Source: the human T2T-CHM13v2.0 reference genome, Homo sapiens
Reading direction: 5' to 3' (one strand)
NCBI RefSeq assembly: GCF_009914755.1
Contig: NC_060927.1
Length of the DNA: 64,000 nucleotides
The translations under genes and the position numbers were made by a program. Each line of letters begins with the position of its first letter. The first letter of the stretch is position 1. Below are positions 14,686-31,530 of this stretch, one piece after another. The notes beneath the pieces are model-generated. The model made no database searches and was not told where the DNA came from. It saw only the letters and a list, made by a program, of their open reading frames with translations.

Positions 14686-15299
14686 TATTACCTTTGTAGG
14701 GACAGGCAAACCTACAGGAAACCTAAAATACCAGTCTTGGCTCACAGTTCCCAGTCCCATGAGTTACAAATCTTCAATGGCTAACCAGAAGACAAACCAA
14801 CACAAACTACCTGCTTCTGTAAAATGCTCTAAGAGGGATGGGAGGAGCTATCTTCTCTCCCAGGACCTAAAATGAGAAGTGTGAAGCCTTAGGAAGACAC
14901 TGACATCCCCATTTATAATGAGAAAACTTTGAATCACAGAGGTTTATAAATGACTGAAATGCTTTTCAGAGAGATTATATCTTACCCTTCTCACTCCCAA
15001 TGCCAGAATTCTCTGACTCAATTGCATGAGAATTCTGGCCTCTACTTTTGGGGGTGGGGGAACTGTTGGAATTTCTCAATTTTAATCATTCTTGGTTTGA
15101 CTCAAGCCTCCAGCCCCAGCTCTCTTGAGCTGCACACCCTCCCTGCCTTACCCTGCCCTCTGCCCCTTTGGAAATTCTCCTTAGTCCCTGGCTTCTCACT
15201 CTGAGAGACTCAGGCAATCCTGGGCCTCTAATCCCATATTGTAGCTGTGCACGCTATTGAGCTGGGCTTTCCATCTTAGCAGTCAAGGGCCTATTGTAT

Positions 15300-15600
15300 T
15301 TTAATTTTTTAGAAATAGGGTTTCGCTCTGTCACCCAGAGTTCAGAGGCATGATCATAGCTCACTATAGCCTAAAACTCCTGGGCTCAAGCAATCCTCCT
15401 ACTTCAGCCTCCTGAGTAGCTAGGACTACAGGTATACACCACTACACCTGGCTAATTTTTTTTTTTTTTTTTTTTTTTTTTGGTAGAGACAGGGTCTCAC
15501 TATGTTGCCCAGGTTGATCTCAAACTGCTGGCCTTGAGTGTCCTTTTGCTTCAGCCTCCCAAAGCACTGGGTTTACAGGTGTGAGCCATGGCACCCAGCC
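15300..15600 (-). mobile_element. AluJ-like
   Basis: Diverged Alu dimer. Confidence 0.85.
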
Positions 15601-16029
15601 TAAAGAACCTATTTTATTAGGGGATTTGATGACTCAAAGTCTCCCTTTCTGCTAGTCTAATATTACAGTCAATCTTATAAAACAGCAATGGTATGCTTTG
15701 GCTATGGTGCTGTGGCTGTGGTCTACATTCCCTGGGGTCGGGGGTAAGAGTAACAAAATACTCTACTGGGGTGCTGCTGTAACAAAATACTTGAAACTGG
15801 ATAATTTACAAAGAACAACAGAAGTTTCTTTCTTTTCTGGGTTTTTTTTTCCCCTTTTTTTTTTTTTTTTTTTAAAGACAGGGTCTTGCTATGTTACTCA
15901 GGCTGGCCTTAAACTCCAGGCAGGGCTCAAGCAATCATCTTGTCTCAGCCTCCTGAGCAGCTGGGACTCCAGGCATGTGCCACTGTACCAAGCAGAAATT
16001 TCTTTTCTCACAGTTCTGGAACTGGGAAA

Positions 16030-17065
16030 TCCAAGATCAGGGCTCCTGCCCCTGGACCTGAACCTGGATCTTTGGCTTTGATGTTGGACCTTGTGTGTGG
16101 ATATGAACTTTGAACCTGCACCTTGGAACTAAACCTCTGACTTGGATTTGTTCTGCATTTTGGAACTCACCTTAGACCTGAACCTTGGTCATGAAATGGA
16201 TCTGAATCATTCTTGGGTCTTGGACATGGGACTTGGACCTCCATGTGTATCTTGGACTTAGGACCATGATCTGGACCTTGTAAATTGACTTGGACTTTGG
16301 ACTTGGACCTTGGACTAGAATTTGTCCCTGGCTGTGGACCTCGTCTTTGGATCTGGATCTGGACCTGGTCTTGGATGTTGGACCTAGATGCAGGCCTTGA
16401 TTTGATTTGGAACATGGACTTGGTCCTTGCACATGGCCCAACACCCGCGTCTTTGGAACTGCATCTTGGACCTTGGATCTGAAATTTAAACAGGGAGGTG
16501 ACCTTCATTTCTTGTATTTGACTTTATAACTGGAAATTCAATCTCTACCTGGATCTTGGACCTGGATCTCAGACCTTGCTTTTTATTGGGCCATGGATCT
16601 TATACCTTAAACATGGAAATTGTACCTGGATTTGGACCTTTGACTTGGACCTGGATCTGGACCCAGGGATAAGATTTGGACCTCACTTGCAAATTTTGGT
16701 AATGAAATTTTCCTTTGCTCCTGTAGTCCTTGGACCTAGGCTTCAGTCATGGATTTAGACCTTAGACGTGACCATCAGACCTTAGAGTTGAACCTAAATT
16801 CCTGGTCCCCAGTCCTATAACTCAGAATGATTATGCATAACCTTGGACTTAGAACTTAGATCTGGATCTTAGAGCTGATACTTGACCTGGTACTGGATAT
16901 TTAACCTTGGACTTCAGACATGGATTTAATCTGGGCCTTGGGATGATTTAAGATCTAGAAGTGGACCTAGAATTAGACCTTGGACTTATGTGCCTGAGCC
17001 TGGACTTTGGAAGTGGACTTTGGGCCTTGTAACTCAACCTTGAATATGAGCCTCAAATGTAGACT
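16030..17065. repeat. ~1-kb degenerate hexamer repeat (TGGACC/TGGACT/TGGATC)n
   Basis: Continuous 6-bp periodicity, e.g. ttggactttggacttggaccttggact and tggatctggatctggacctggtc. Confidence 0.85.
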
Positions 17066-17068
17066 GTG

Positions 17069-17385
17069 GGCCAGGCACAGTGGCTCACACCTGTAATCCC
17101 AGCACTTTGGGTGGAAAGCTGAGGCAGGTGGATCACTTGAGCTCAGGAATTCAAGACCAGCCTGGGGAACATGGTGAAAACCTGGCTCTACAAAAAATAA
17201 AAAAATTAGCCAGGCTTGGTGGCACACACCTGTAGTTCCAGGTACTCAGGAGGCTGAGGCAGGAGGTTCACTTGGGCCCAGGAGGCAGAGGTTGCAGTGA
17301 GCTGAGCTTGTACCGCTGCACTCCAGCCTGGAGGACAGAGTGAGACTCTGTCTCAAGAAAAAAAAATAAAAAATAAATAAATAAG
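17069..17385 (+). mobile_element. AluJ-like
   Basis: Alu dimer with A-rich tail. Confidence 0.85.
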
Positions 17386-17869
17386 AGAAAATACAGCATG
17401 TTTGTAAGATCTGTCTCTTGATGATCCAAGAAAGACAGGAAATAATTGCCAGAGTAATGCCTTGAGTAGGTGGGAGGAGACAGGATCTTCTGCACAGATT
17501 GGGGTAACTTTAAATAGGAACTTGGAAGGTTCGCCCATTGTTCATCCTAACAAGAAGGAAGCAGAGTACATAAGCACAGATGGAGATAGGTGGCTCAATG
17601 TGGTCTTGGGAGTCTGAAAAGTTTCTCTTCTGGCTGTTTTTGTTACTTTCCTGAAATAGGAAGTAAGGTTAACAGCTGGAGAGTGAGGAAGGGGGAGGAG
17701 GTGTTGGAGGTTTGAAGAGAAAGGAGAATACATGAATATATCTAGGAAAGTGGAGGAGTGGACGGTCTAGGAAGACGTGGGAGACATAAGACAGGGATGT
17801 AGAAGGGACTATGACTTCAGAGTAAGATTTACTGATTTAAGATTTTCTTTTTTAGCTTAAAAGTAAGAG

Positions 17870-18161
17870 CGTGGTGGCTCATGCCTGTAATCCTAGCACT
17901 TTGAGAGGCCGAGATGGGTGAATCGCTTGAGCCCAGGAGTTCAAGACTAGCCTGGGCAACATGGCAAAACTCCATCTCTACAAAAAATACAAAAATTCGT
18001 CCAGCATAATGGAGCATGCCCGTAGTCCCAGCTACTTGGGAGGCTCAGGTGGGAAGATCACCTGAGTCGGGGAGGTGGCAGTGAGCAGAGATCACGCCAC
18101 TGCATTCCAGCCTAGGTGACAGAGTGAGACCCTGTCTCAAAAAAAAAAAAGAAAAAAAAAA
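17870..18161 (+). mobile_element. AluJ-like
   Basis: Alu dimer with A tail. Confidence 0.85.
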
Positions 18162-18350
18162 TTTAGAGATGGAGGAATTCTAATAATGTCAAAGATTAGA
18201 GTATGGATACTATTCATTACCATTAATAAAGGAGCAATATGCCTGGTACTGTGCTGGGTGACAGGGATACAGGCATGAAGAAAACAGCCTTTGCACTAAT
18301 GAAATTTGTTCTCCCTTCAGAAAGCCAGATTTTAAACAAATAAGCTATGA

Positions 18351-18457
18351 GGCTGGTCTGAAGGTAGTGAGTTATCTCAATTGTTCACAGTTAGTTACAG
18401 GTTGAATGCCTTGTTCTACTCTTTCCCCTTTCTCACTGCTGCACTTGACCAGTCTTT
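18351..18457 (+). pseudogene. Y1 RNA (RNY1) retropseudogene
   Basis: ggctggtctgaaggtagtgagttatctcaattg...cacttgaccagtcttt matches hY1 RNA end to end and is followed by poly(A). Confidence 0.92.
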
Positions 18458-18833
18458 AAAAAAAAAAAGATAGGAATCATGACTTAATTACAATGGTGGT
18501 ACATGTTATGAAGAGCATGATACACTGCATGACAGAGTAAATTACTAGGAGAACCTAGTTGGACTGCAGGATGTAGGAAGGCCTTCCTATGGAAAGTACA
18601 TTTAAGTTGGGACCTAAAGGAGAAACAGGAATGAGCCAGGCAGGAAGTAGGGGGACCTCATGGGTAAAGACCCTAGCAGGTAGAGAACGTCCATCAAGCT
18701 CCAGCACTAGGAGTGGGTGAGTGGTGAGAGAGGACACTGAAGAGTGCTGTGGGGGAGTGCCGGTCTTAGTATTCAGTGTGCAGTGGAGAGTTTTAAATGG
18801 GGGTGACCTGAAGAGATGGACATTTAAAAATAA

Positions 18834-19134
<301 letters not shown>

Positions 19135-19848
19135 TAAAAAATAACACTTTTTTAATGTGTGTGGAAAGGTGGATTGAGGGAGGGGGTGGATGGTGAGAGT
19201 GGAAGAGACAAGTTGGGAGGCTTGAGATCCAGTAAGAGATGAAGGTCGCTTGGGCCAGGATGGAGCAGTGGATGTGGAGAGCCGCAGACACACCGGAGAA
19301 TGATTTCAGACATGGGTGCAAGACTCGGTGTTTCCTTCCCTCTTTTCTCCTGGCTGCTCCTCCCTTACAGCTCCCGCCTGAGCTCACAGATGCCCCACAC
19401 CTAGTCTTCATCTGAAAACCTGTGAGAAAAGATGATTAAGTCTAAATTTTGGAGTGGCTACACAGCAATACTGTAGCAATAGGTAACTAGTGTGCACAGC
19501 TAAAGATGGGGGAAAACCAACACATGTTCACGATTGTTCAATGTGAAATTAATTGTAATAGCAAAATTTTGGAGACCATTTAAATGCCTGTTATTGAACA
19601 GATTATGGTATGCCCACACATGGAATATTACACAGCTGTAAAACACAGAATAAAGAAGACTGTTATGAGCTTATATGAAGTGACTTCTAGATTATATTTC
19701 AGGGTTAAAGAAAAGACAAAATGCAAAGGAGTATCATGAAGTATGTTATCTTTTGTGTGAGGAGGAAGGGGAAACACATTTTTTCAAAAAGAAATGTAAG
19801 AAGAGTAAACCAGAAACAAATACAATGGTTTTTTGTTTTTTTTTTTGA

Positions 19849-20109
<261 letters not shown>

Positions 20110-20558
20110 TGACAATTTATAATTGTATAAATTTATGGGTTACAAAATGATGTCATAATCTGTGGATACAATGTAGAATAATTAAATCGAGCTAGTTAAC
20201 ATATCCATCACTTCAAATACTTAGCATTTTGTAGTGAGAACATTTGAAATTTACTCTTAGCAATTTTGAAATGTATAATACTCTACTAACTATATTCACC
20301 ACACTGTGCAACAGACCTCAAAAAAATTATAAAATGGATTCTTCCTGTCGGAGATTTTGTACCCTTTGACCATCATTTAAATTTTTTAAATGCAACAAAA
20401 TATCAATTTCAAAACAGCATGAAAAATTGAGTGTGTTTAACCATATTCAGCTGATAACAGGGCAAATGAATTGAACAGAATAACATTCTATTCCATGTTT
20501 AATGAACTGGCAACAAGAGAAAGTTGGTGGAAGAAAGGCAGAGGAACTTGGGCAAGAA

Positions 20559-21141
20559 TTAGAACCAAGGGGCTCCATAATCATCTGACATCAGTTCCCA
20601 TGTTGTATCTATGGTTAGAAATGTACATGATAGGAACTCCAAGAATCTTAGGATTCTTCTTTTAAGGTCCCAGGTTCGTGGCTACAACACTTATGCTGAG
20701 TAACTCTCTGTGCTAAGCAGTCATCTGCATAGATTCCTTCCTGTGCGTGGTAATTTGGTAATCGTTCAAATTTTGGATCCTTGGCAATCCTTTAAGCCAC
20801 TTGATACTTCGCCCCAATTTCTCAGTTTCAGCCATTACACAGTTACACAAGGGATACACTTGGCATATAGACAGTTCATCACTGATTGCAGTATGTCTTA
20901 TTTGGCTCCAATAGAAAAGTTGGTAACGCTGGAATCAAACAGGACGTGGTAAGGTGGACCCAGCTGTGTAATATATTGGAAAAATAAGCAGGAAGGGTAT
21001 TGGGGAACTTTTCTTTCCTTCAGCATGCTGGGATATTTCTTTTCTTTTTAGGTCTTTATCATTTTCTTTAAGCCTGTGATATCAGAGACTAAGCATTCGC
21101 TTCATGGTCGCAGACTTCCTTGTTTTCTTTTGCTCTCACAT
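20559..21141 (-). pseudogene. FCF1P2: FCF1 (UTP24) processed pseudogene; 3'UTR-like sequence continues to ~20370
   Basis: The minus strand reads ..QKKTRKSATMKRMLSL*..TQLGPPYHVL..CLYAKCIPC..IAKDPKFERLP..GVPIMYISNHRYN..DDYGAP, matching FCF1. It has no introns and contains stops and frameshifts. The gene symbol is from memory of the locus. Confidence 0.88.
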
Positions 21142-21159
21142 GCTCATGTCATACTCTTA

Positions 21160-21830
<671 letters not shown>

Positions 21831-22320
21831 ATCTAAACTTAATTATCTCCCAAATGTCCCATTTCCAAATATCATCACATTGGGGGTTAGGGCTTCAACA
21901 TATGAATTTTAGGGGGATATAATTCAGTCCATAGCACTTTGTCTTTTGGTGGACCTGGGTGCTGGGTGTGGTCATTACTATTGGAGTGTCATTGCTCTCA
22001 CATCAGTGCAAAGGACTATACATACAAAAACATATTTACATCTATCTCTATAGACTGAAATACACGAGTTCACACTGATATCTCCAATTCGACACCACAG
22101 GGTTTATTCTAGTTTTCTCCCTTTCCATATTTGTGGGAGCCAGGTTTTTATGAGACAATTTTATTGGGAGATAATTCTGTGTCTCTTGTGGGTGTCTTAA
22201 TTGTCAGATTTTGTACGCTTTGACCACCATTTAAATTTTTTAAATGCAACAAAATATCAATTTTGTTGATACTTTGTGGGCTGAGATGTTGACAGATTTT
22301 GTTCCAGACTATTTCAAGGA

Positions 22321-22612
<292 letters not shown>

Positions 22613-23778
22613 TATTTCAAGGATTTTTGTACAGCAAATGGCCTTAGAAGACAGAGATAGTATCTCCCTAAGATTGTGGTTCCTTAGCCGTCATGCAAAC
22701 CTGCAGTGTGTAACACTTTCCTGGGCCTGCCAGTATTGCCCTGTGGGACTTGGAGGGCAAGGGAGACCAAGGCTAACACACTGCCTGCTGTGCCCTGAGC
22801 AGTAGTCTCTGCCCAAGTAATCCTGTGTTTTCTGCCAGCATTCATGAAGCTGGCTCCCTAACACAAGAAGTTGTTGAAAGTTCTACTCAGCTTCTTAGCT
22901 GCCTCTTCCAGAATCAGCAGGTGCCCTTATGGGAAAAGTAGCTCTAAGTCCCAGGCTCACTTCTCTTGAGTTTCCTTCGTGTCCTGAATTTTGGTTCTAT
23001 ATTGCCAGCTGATGCTTTCAGATAGATGCTGTTTATATTTTGCACAGCTTTTCTAGTTGTTCTCTATGTTCAGTGGGTCCAAATTTCCTGGTCTACCATT
23101 AGTGAAAGTGGCAGATGGTGAAGGCAATTTTCAACTCAAAGGTTTCAAGGCCACCAAAAAGAGAAATACACATGTACTGAGAAAGAAAAGTCAAGACCTG
23201 TAAGAAGTGTCACAGGTTTCTTAGGTCACACATACAAAACTGACCCATATATTCCTGAAAATGAACAGACTGTCTAGTGCCCCAGACCCCTGCTATGGAT
23301 ACCCTATTTGACCTTCAGGCTTAGTTCCAAAGCCAGCTATATCTTTTATAAAAGACTTTCCACCCTATCTCCTTCACCTCCTCACCCAGCCAAAGGAAAC
23401 CTTCTTTCCTCTGTTCTCCCACAGGACTTTATACCTCTGTTAGGGCACTTCTCCATCTCTGCCACGTTATAGCTGGCTGACCACCCAAATTCATAATTAG
23501 CAACTTGAGGACCCAATCATGTCTTAACCATCTTTGCATTTTTCAGTATGTCTTGAATAGAGAATTTATGAAAATAAATGTTTGCATAAGCTGATAAAGG
23601 AGATGAAGAAAAACACACAGAAGGAGAAAACCAAGGGTGTGGGATCAGAAAATCCAAGAGAAGAGAGTGTTTCTGGAGAATGAAGCAATAACTGAATGCT
23701 GCTGAGAAGTCAGAATGATGAAGCCTGAAAAGTTTCCCCTAAATGTGGCAGCATAAAGGATTCAGGAGAACACTGACT

Positions 23779-23784
23779 TTTATT
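23779..23784 (-). terminator. Candidate NME6 poly(A) signal AATAAA
   Basis: tttatt on +, about 620 nt downstream of the NME6 stop codon. Confidence 0.6.
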
Positions 23785-23849
23785 GAGGAAGACAGGTCAA
23801 ATGTTGTTTGGAGTCACTGCATTTTTTAGGCAAGTCAATTAGACAAGCT

Positions 23850-24139
<290 letters not shown>

Positions 24140-24403
24140 GGCAAGCTTCTTCTTGAAGAAGGATGAACAGTTCTCAGCAAAGAGGAGTCATCATTCTTCT
24201 GAACCACCATAAACATTCCAGAGAAGAGGTAGATAGAAGGCTAGATCCTGGAGGATGTGCTGTGGTGAGCTAGGCCCTCAGGCAGGTGGTGGTGCCCAGC
24301 AGAAATGGCACTGTAAGCCAGGCTTCCCTGGTCCTAGGAGAATGTTTTAGACTAGATGTCTAGGAGAAGTCTGGGCACTACCACTGGTCTTCATAGACCT
24401 GCA

Positions 24404-24570
24404 TCAGGCTGGTCCTAGGCCTCCTGTTCCAGCTACATAGTGGACACCTCCCTCTGGGCTATAGCACACAGGGCCACAGCGCAACTGGGGCTCTTCCTCC
24501 TCATACCAGCGCTGTTCACTGAAGTCAGGGAAGAAGGCTGCAATCTCTCTGCTGGCTGAAACCACAGAGT
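24404..24570 (-). CDS. NME6: NME6 last coding exon (DSVVSASREIAAFFPDFSEQRWY...GGLGPA*)
   Basis: AG acceptor at 24571-72 and TGA at 24404-06. The five exons total 561 nt = 186 aa + stop. Confidence 0.96.
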
Positions 24571-24841
24571 CTGTAAGGGGAGATAAGACAGAGAAGGGGT
24601 TCTCACATGGTAGAAGCAAGAGGCAGTCATAATCAGGTTCAGAATCCTGAGCCTCTACTCTGCCTGCCCCTTCAGTCCTGGGGCATGTAAAGAAAGTCCA
24701 CAGGCCACATCTGCCAACATGGCTACAAAGACCAGAAACACAAATGGAAGAAAGCTCACTGGAGGGACCTGGCTGTCAACTCTACCACACAGCCTGCCCG
24801 CTAACCCCAAAATATCCTATGGCTATGGACAGGGGACTCAC

Positions 24842-25002
24842 CCGAACCATGGGTGGTGTTGCGGGTGTCAGTGAGGCCGAAACTCCCACGGATAGAATCT
24901 GGGGCCACATGGCGTGCTCGGAACACTCTGGTGGGTCCCATGAGCGTCCTCCAGAGCTGGATGGCATCCTTGTGGGCAAGGATGTAGGCTCGGATTGGCC
25001 CG
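24842..25002 (-). CDS. NME6: NME6 coding exon 4 (GPIRAYILAHKD...RNTTHGS), containing the NDPK catalytic His motif
   Basis: AG/GT boundaries and consistent phase. The NxxHGSD motif spans the junction to the next exon. Confidence 0.96.
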
Positions 25003-25303
25003 CTGTGAACAAAACAAGCACATGTAAAGAACCTGGCCATCTAGACTAGGAGGGTGTGCTGTGAGCAGGGCCTGAATAAAAACACACTCTACGTTCTGAG
25101 AGTTTTCCTGCCTTTCCAGCTGAGTACCAATGCTGCTTCAAATAGGTGATGCAGGGCCCCTGCTGGTGTACATCAAGCCTGCAGAGATCAGCAGGGTGGC
25201 TATGCAGCATTCAAGGGGACTCTTCTAACCACCAGAGGACAGGTGCCTAACAGGTCAGCATCGGCTCAGTGACAGCCCCAAACCCGTGTTTCTTCAGATT
25301 TGA

Positions 25304-25808
<505 letters not shown>

Positions 25809-25885
25809 TGAAATGAACAAATCCATTTAGGGGCAGGGGAGATTAGCCTCAGTGGATAAAGATGCTGGAACCAAATTTGAAGTAC

Positions 25886-25925
25886 CTGGCCATGAACTCC
25901 ACCAGCCTCTGATAGAAAAAACGCC
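25886..25925 (-). CDS. NME6: NME6 40-bp coding exon 3 (GRFFYQRLVEFMAS)
   Basis: tgcag|GGCGTTTTTTCTATCAG...GCCAG|gtac. It restores the reading frame between flanking exons and is too short for the ORF track. Confidence 0.95.
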
Positions 25926-26493
25926 CTGCAAAGAGAGAGGACCTTCATCAAGATACCTTCATCCTGGTGCCCAAGGCAACTTTCTGTACTTCTACCTCCT
26001 TACCTAGAATAATAAAAATTGTTTCAGAGAAAAGAACAAGGACCTTGGAGTCTGACAAACCTGGGTCTGAATCCAGGGTCTGCCACTTACAACCTGCGTA
26101 GTTTTGGGTAAATCATTAACCTCCTAAACTTGGCTTCCTAATCTGCGTACGAGGGATATAACAACACCTACTTTTTAGGGTTGTTGGGAAAATTGAATGA
26201 AAAAATGAGCATTAGGACAATGTCTGATGGTAAACATTCATTCACTATATGTTAACTACTGATATTATCAAGACATAAAACTAAGTTTCTGGTTGGGACT
26301 ACAAGGTAGAACCCTCCTTGGGAAAAGATGGATAATCATGAAAAGTGTGTGTTTTAAACCAAGATTTTAGAAAACTGGCTGCAACTGTACACGGTTGGTA
26401 GGTCAGAGAGCCTGCCATTGTGTTCCAGGTAAAATCTCTCTTATGGCCTTTTGGGATTGAGGCACCTTCCATTCAGAGGACTACTGATCCTAC

Positions 26494-26596
26494 CTTCATG
26501 CTCTCGGTAAAACCTCTGGCAATCTTCCTTTCTCCACAGTAGTTCTCTCATTCGTACAATCAGGAACTTGTTGCTTAGAATCTGCTGATGAACAGC
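26494..26596 (-). CDS. NME6: NME6 coding exon 2 (AVHQQILSNKFLIVRMRELLWRKEDCQRFYREHE)
   Basis: tcag|GCT...GAAG|gtagga, 103 nt. Confidence 0.96.
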
Positions 26597-27294
26597 CTGA
26601 ATAAAGACCATCCCCAAAATAAAAATCAATCAGGAGACTGAAACTGACCAAAAGAAACCATGAGGACCACTTGTTGCTCAGGACCTGAGGGTTTGTCCCA
26701 TTGAAGGGTGAGAAGACGAGGTGGGGTGAGGTGAAGACCTTCAGTCACACAGCCAGAGTGTGCGCCTTGGGTGAAAGGGGATAGGATGCGCTGTCTCTGC
26801 TCTTCCATACCTATAACCCCTTGAGCTCAAGACCACAGGACCCACCACTCAGACCACCATAAAAGTCTTGTTAGTGGTCCTGCCTTGGGTTTCTCTCACT
26901 CCCTCCAAACCATCACACTTGATAGATGAGAAACTCTATAATTGACACGTCACACTCTGGTCAGAAGGTGTTAAGTAGTTCCTGTTATTCAAGGAATGAA
27001 GTACAACCACTTTAGCCCAGTGCTCAAGGTTATACTTTCCTTACTCTGTACCAATTCTCTAGTCTCACCATCGCAGGCTGCCTGCGGCCCTCAGACCCAT
27101 CACATGCATTCCTGCCTCAGCGTCTCCCTTCTGTGCAACACCTGTCCTTCTCCTGGCACTAACCAAAGTTTACCATTCCTTTGAGGCCCAGCTGAGTCCT
27201 GCCACTTCCAGGCCCCCACTCCTGACTGCTTAGATCTTCCTCTGCACCATAGTGGGCTTACTTAGCAGTGCTACTCAGTTAGTATTTATCAAAC

Positions 27295-27960
27295 TATGGT
27301 ACACAGAATGTGAAAATGACCCCGAGCCCCACCAAGATTTCCCACCCTAATCTCCAGGACTGTGAATATGATGCAATATGATTATGTTACATTACATAAC
27401 AACAGGGATTTTGAGGGAAATTAAGGTTACTAATCAGTTGATTCTGCTGTAATCAAAAGGGAGATTATCCAGGTGGGCCTAATTAATCACATGAGCCCTG
27501 TGGGATTAGAATTGTGAAGGCTTCTCAATGCCAGGCATTTTCTCTGGCTAGAGGCTGAAGAAGTCAGAGAGATTCAAAGCATGAGAAGGATTCAATGCAC
27601 TGCAGCTGTCTTGAAGACAGACTGGGCCATGTGATGGGGGATGTGAGTGGTATCTAGAAACTGAAAGGAGTTCCTGCCTGAAGGCCAACAGGGAAATGGC
27701 AGCCTCAGTCCTACCATCATAAGAAATCAACTCTGCCAACAACCTGAATGAGTCTGGAAGTGAATTCTTCCCCCAGACCCTCCAGATAAGGACCTGGTCA
27801 GCCAATACCTTGACTTTGGCCTTGTAAGACCTTAAGCAAACAACTCAGCCAAGCCTACTGGACCTCTAAACTACTGAGCTGTGAAATAACAAATGAGTGT
27901 TGTTTTAAGCTCTCAAGTCTGGAGTAATGTGTTATGTAGCAATAGAAACTAACAAATACA
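27295..27960 (+). mobile_element. MLT1 (MaLR) LTR, MLT1E-like
   Basis: MLT1 motifs (gggagattatccaggtgggcctaat, ctctgccaacaacctgaatgag, gcaatagaaactaa...taca). Confidence 0.75.
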
Positions 27961-28193
27961 CATTGTCTTGATATTTGGTTCTATTATTGCTTTGGGTCCT
28001 TTCTTACATTTTAGGTCTGCCTCAAGTCTCCAATGGATTCTTAGTCTCCTTAGGTCAGAGTTCATGGCTTCTAGCTTTGCCTCCACAGCATCCAGCACAA
28101 GTCTGTGTTGTCAGTCACCATAAATGGCCCAATGGCACCTGAAGCAGTAGCAATTCCCAGGGCATGCGGTAGAGACTTAGGATTCATTCTTAC

Positions 28194-28283
28194 CTCCAGA
28201 ATCAGTGGATGGGCGACTGCGTCAGGCTTGATCAGGGCTAGAGTGAGCTGGAGAGCCTGAGGGCTTCGCAAGATTGAGGCCAT
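28194..28283 (-). CDS. NME6: NME6 first coding exon of the 186-aa form (MASILRSPQALQLTLALIKPDAVAHPLILE); exon extends to 28290
   Basis: ATG at 28283, IKPD NDPK motif, donor GAG|gtaaga, acceptor at 28291-92. Confidence 0.96.
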
Positions 28284-29639
28284 CTCACTCCTGCCATTAG
28301 AGAGCTGTATTAGGAACCCTTTAGGACGGCACTCCCAGCCTTCCCTACATTGGAGCCACGCAGCCTTGCAAGCCAACGAGTGCTCTCACTCCTGACACTC
28401 ATAAAGAACCTGACAGTTTCATCTTAAGGCCATATACATTATTTTAATTGCCCATTTGGGCTCATGGGATCAAGGGAGGGGAGTTGTAGAGGGAGCATTC
28501 AAGTTCCCCCGTGGAGTATACAATCTAGTGCAACTGTAAGCCTATGAGGGAATTACCCATTAAAAGAAACTCAAGTTTAAATACTACCTGTCTCTGCCAA
28601 TATCCCTTCCTAACTTCCTTTTGTATTTTACAGAGGATTTACAATTTATACTCCTAAACAGCCTATCCACAAGGCCTATTCATAATGATGAATTCATCTC
28701 TTAAAATCTTCCATCCCATAGTGCTCTCCTATCAAATCTAGAATTGGAAGATTGATGGACAGCAACTGAGGTGCTACCAGGATACCAAAAAGTCTGCTGG
28801 ATAAACACCATCTCTATTCTAATATTATGGAGAGATCAGGATCTCCTGTGCCCAAATCAAACCTGTTAATACACTCAGCTGTCCTCAGTGGTAACACTGA
28901 GGTCAACACACAACTCCAACATCAGGAACAAGTCATAACCATTTTGCATCTGAAACAGTGCCTGACACAAAGGTGCTTGATCAATTTTATTTACTAAATA
29001 AACCTATATAGTCTTATTTCTATTCATCTTTGTATTCCTAATGTCTAGCATGGTGTAAGAGCTCAATATTGTAGAAATGATATAATGGACATAAAAGCAT
29101 TTTATAAACTGGACTAAGGGAATTTTGAGGTCTTTTCCAATTGTGAAATCCGAGTTATACGTGAGAAATTTATCACCTCTGCAGGAGTAAAGACTTTGTC
29201 TCAAAATCTTATCTCAATATTATCTCTCATTTGGCCATGTGTAGTGGCTCACACCTGTAATATCAGTACTTGAGGCCAGGAGTTTGACCTGGGCAACAAA
29301 GCAAGACCCTGACTCTACTACATATGTGTGTATGTGTGTGTGTGTATATATATATATAATATATATGTGTGTATATATATAAAATCATTTGTCGACAAAT
29401 ACAGAGAAGGCTTCCATTAACATAGGCAGGGACAGAGTCTAGACAACATTCTCATTTATCTTATCCTAAAAACTGTCAATCATGTTAAAGGTGGTATTAG
29501 AATCTGGCCCAAGCAAAGAAACTGCCATGGTCGCTCCTATTCATGTCCTTTCTACAGCTTTCAACCTGATTTTCCACTCAAACCATAAAGCCACACCCAA
29601 TCTAACCAGTACAAGATCAGCTAACCCACTCTCCCTAAT

Positions 29640-30340
29640 GCCACAGGTGGTAACACGTCATTTTCAGCAACTGTCTACAGAGACATCCATGACACCTCCC
29701 CTCCCTCACTCTTCATATCCACACGATCACCAACTTCTGGCAATTTTCCCTACCTAATATATCTCAAAACCCATACCATTCTCCCATCCTCAACTGCTAC
29801 CACCATAACTCTAAGACATCATCATTCCCCTCTGGACATCTTGACAGCCTCCTCTTTGGTCTCCCAGTTTCTGTCCTGCCAACCTCTACAATCTCCACAC
29901 AGCAGCCAAAGTGAACCACACATGAAAATCTAATCATATGGTTCCCCTCCTTAACCCTTTAAAGGGCACCCTGTTCTTAGAATAAAAACCAAAATCCTTA
30001 TCACGGCCTCCCAGGCTCTGCATGATCTTGTGGTTCCCCACGTACCTCTCTAGCCTCATCTGGAACCCCACACTCCTTAAGTTTCTCTAGCTCCAACCTC
30101 ATGGGCCTTTCAGTTTTGAAAGAATTTCTGGCTTGACAGCCTTTGTGTGAGTAGTTTTCGCAGTCCTGAATGTGCTTTCTCTGGTTGCCTCCTGCCCACC
30201 TTAGTGATCTTAGCTCACTTCCCGTTACACTTTCTCACAGCTCCTTGCAAGTTCCCTTCAGTTCCGTCTTCACCACCTGAAGGTGTAAGCAGTACCTAGC
30301 ACACAGCTGGCTCTTAACAGTATCTGAATGAACCAACGAA
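29640..30340. mobile_element. L2 remnant
   Basis: Pyrimidine-rich L2-like text (ctccacacagcagccaaagtga, aataaaaaccaaaatcctt, ...tgaatgaa). Confidence 0.55.
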
Positions 30341-30534
30341 TGCACCTCATCCAGCCATTCCAAGGCCAGGCTGCTAGGGGTTCTCGTGGCAAGAACACGC
30401 GGCCTGTAGGGAGGACATGGTTCCTTTACTAACGCAGCTAAGTTGTGGCTGTCTTGACTCTTGGTTTACAACAAACTGACAAGTCGAGAATCCTGTTAGA
30501 CTTAAAGGTGACTCCATGAGAATTAAAAATTTTA

Positions 30535-31530
<996 letters not shown>

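Noticed and set aside
16167-16758. SR-rich / WIW-repeat ORFs
   Set aside because: They arise from the hexamer repeat, with no splice context or homology.
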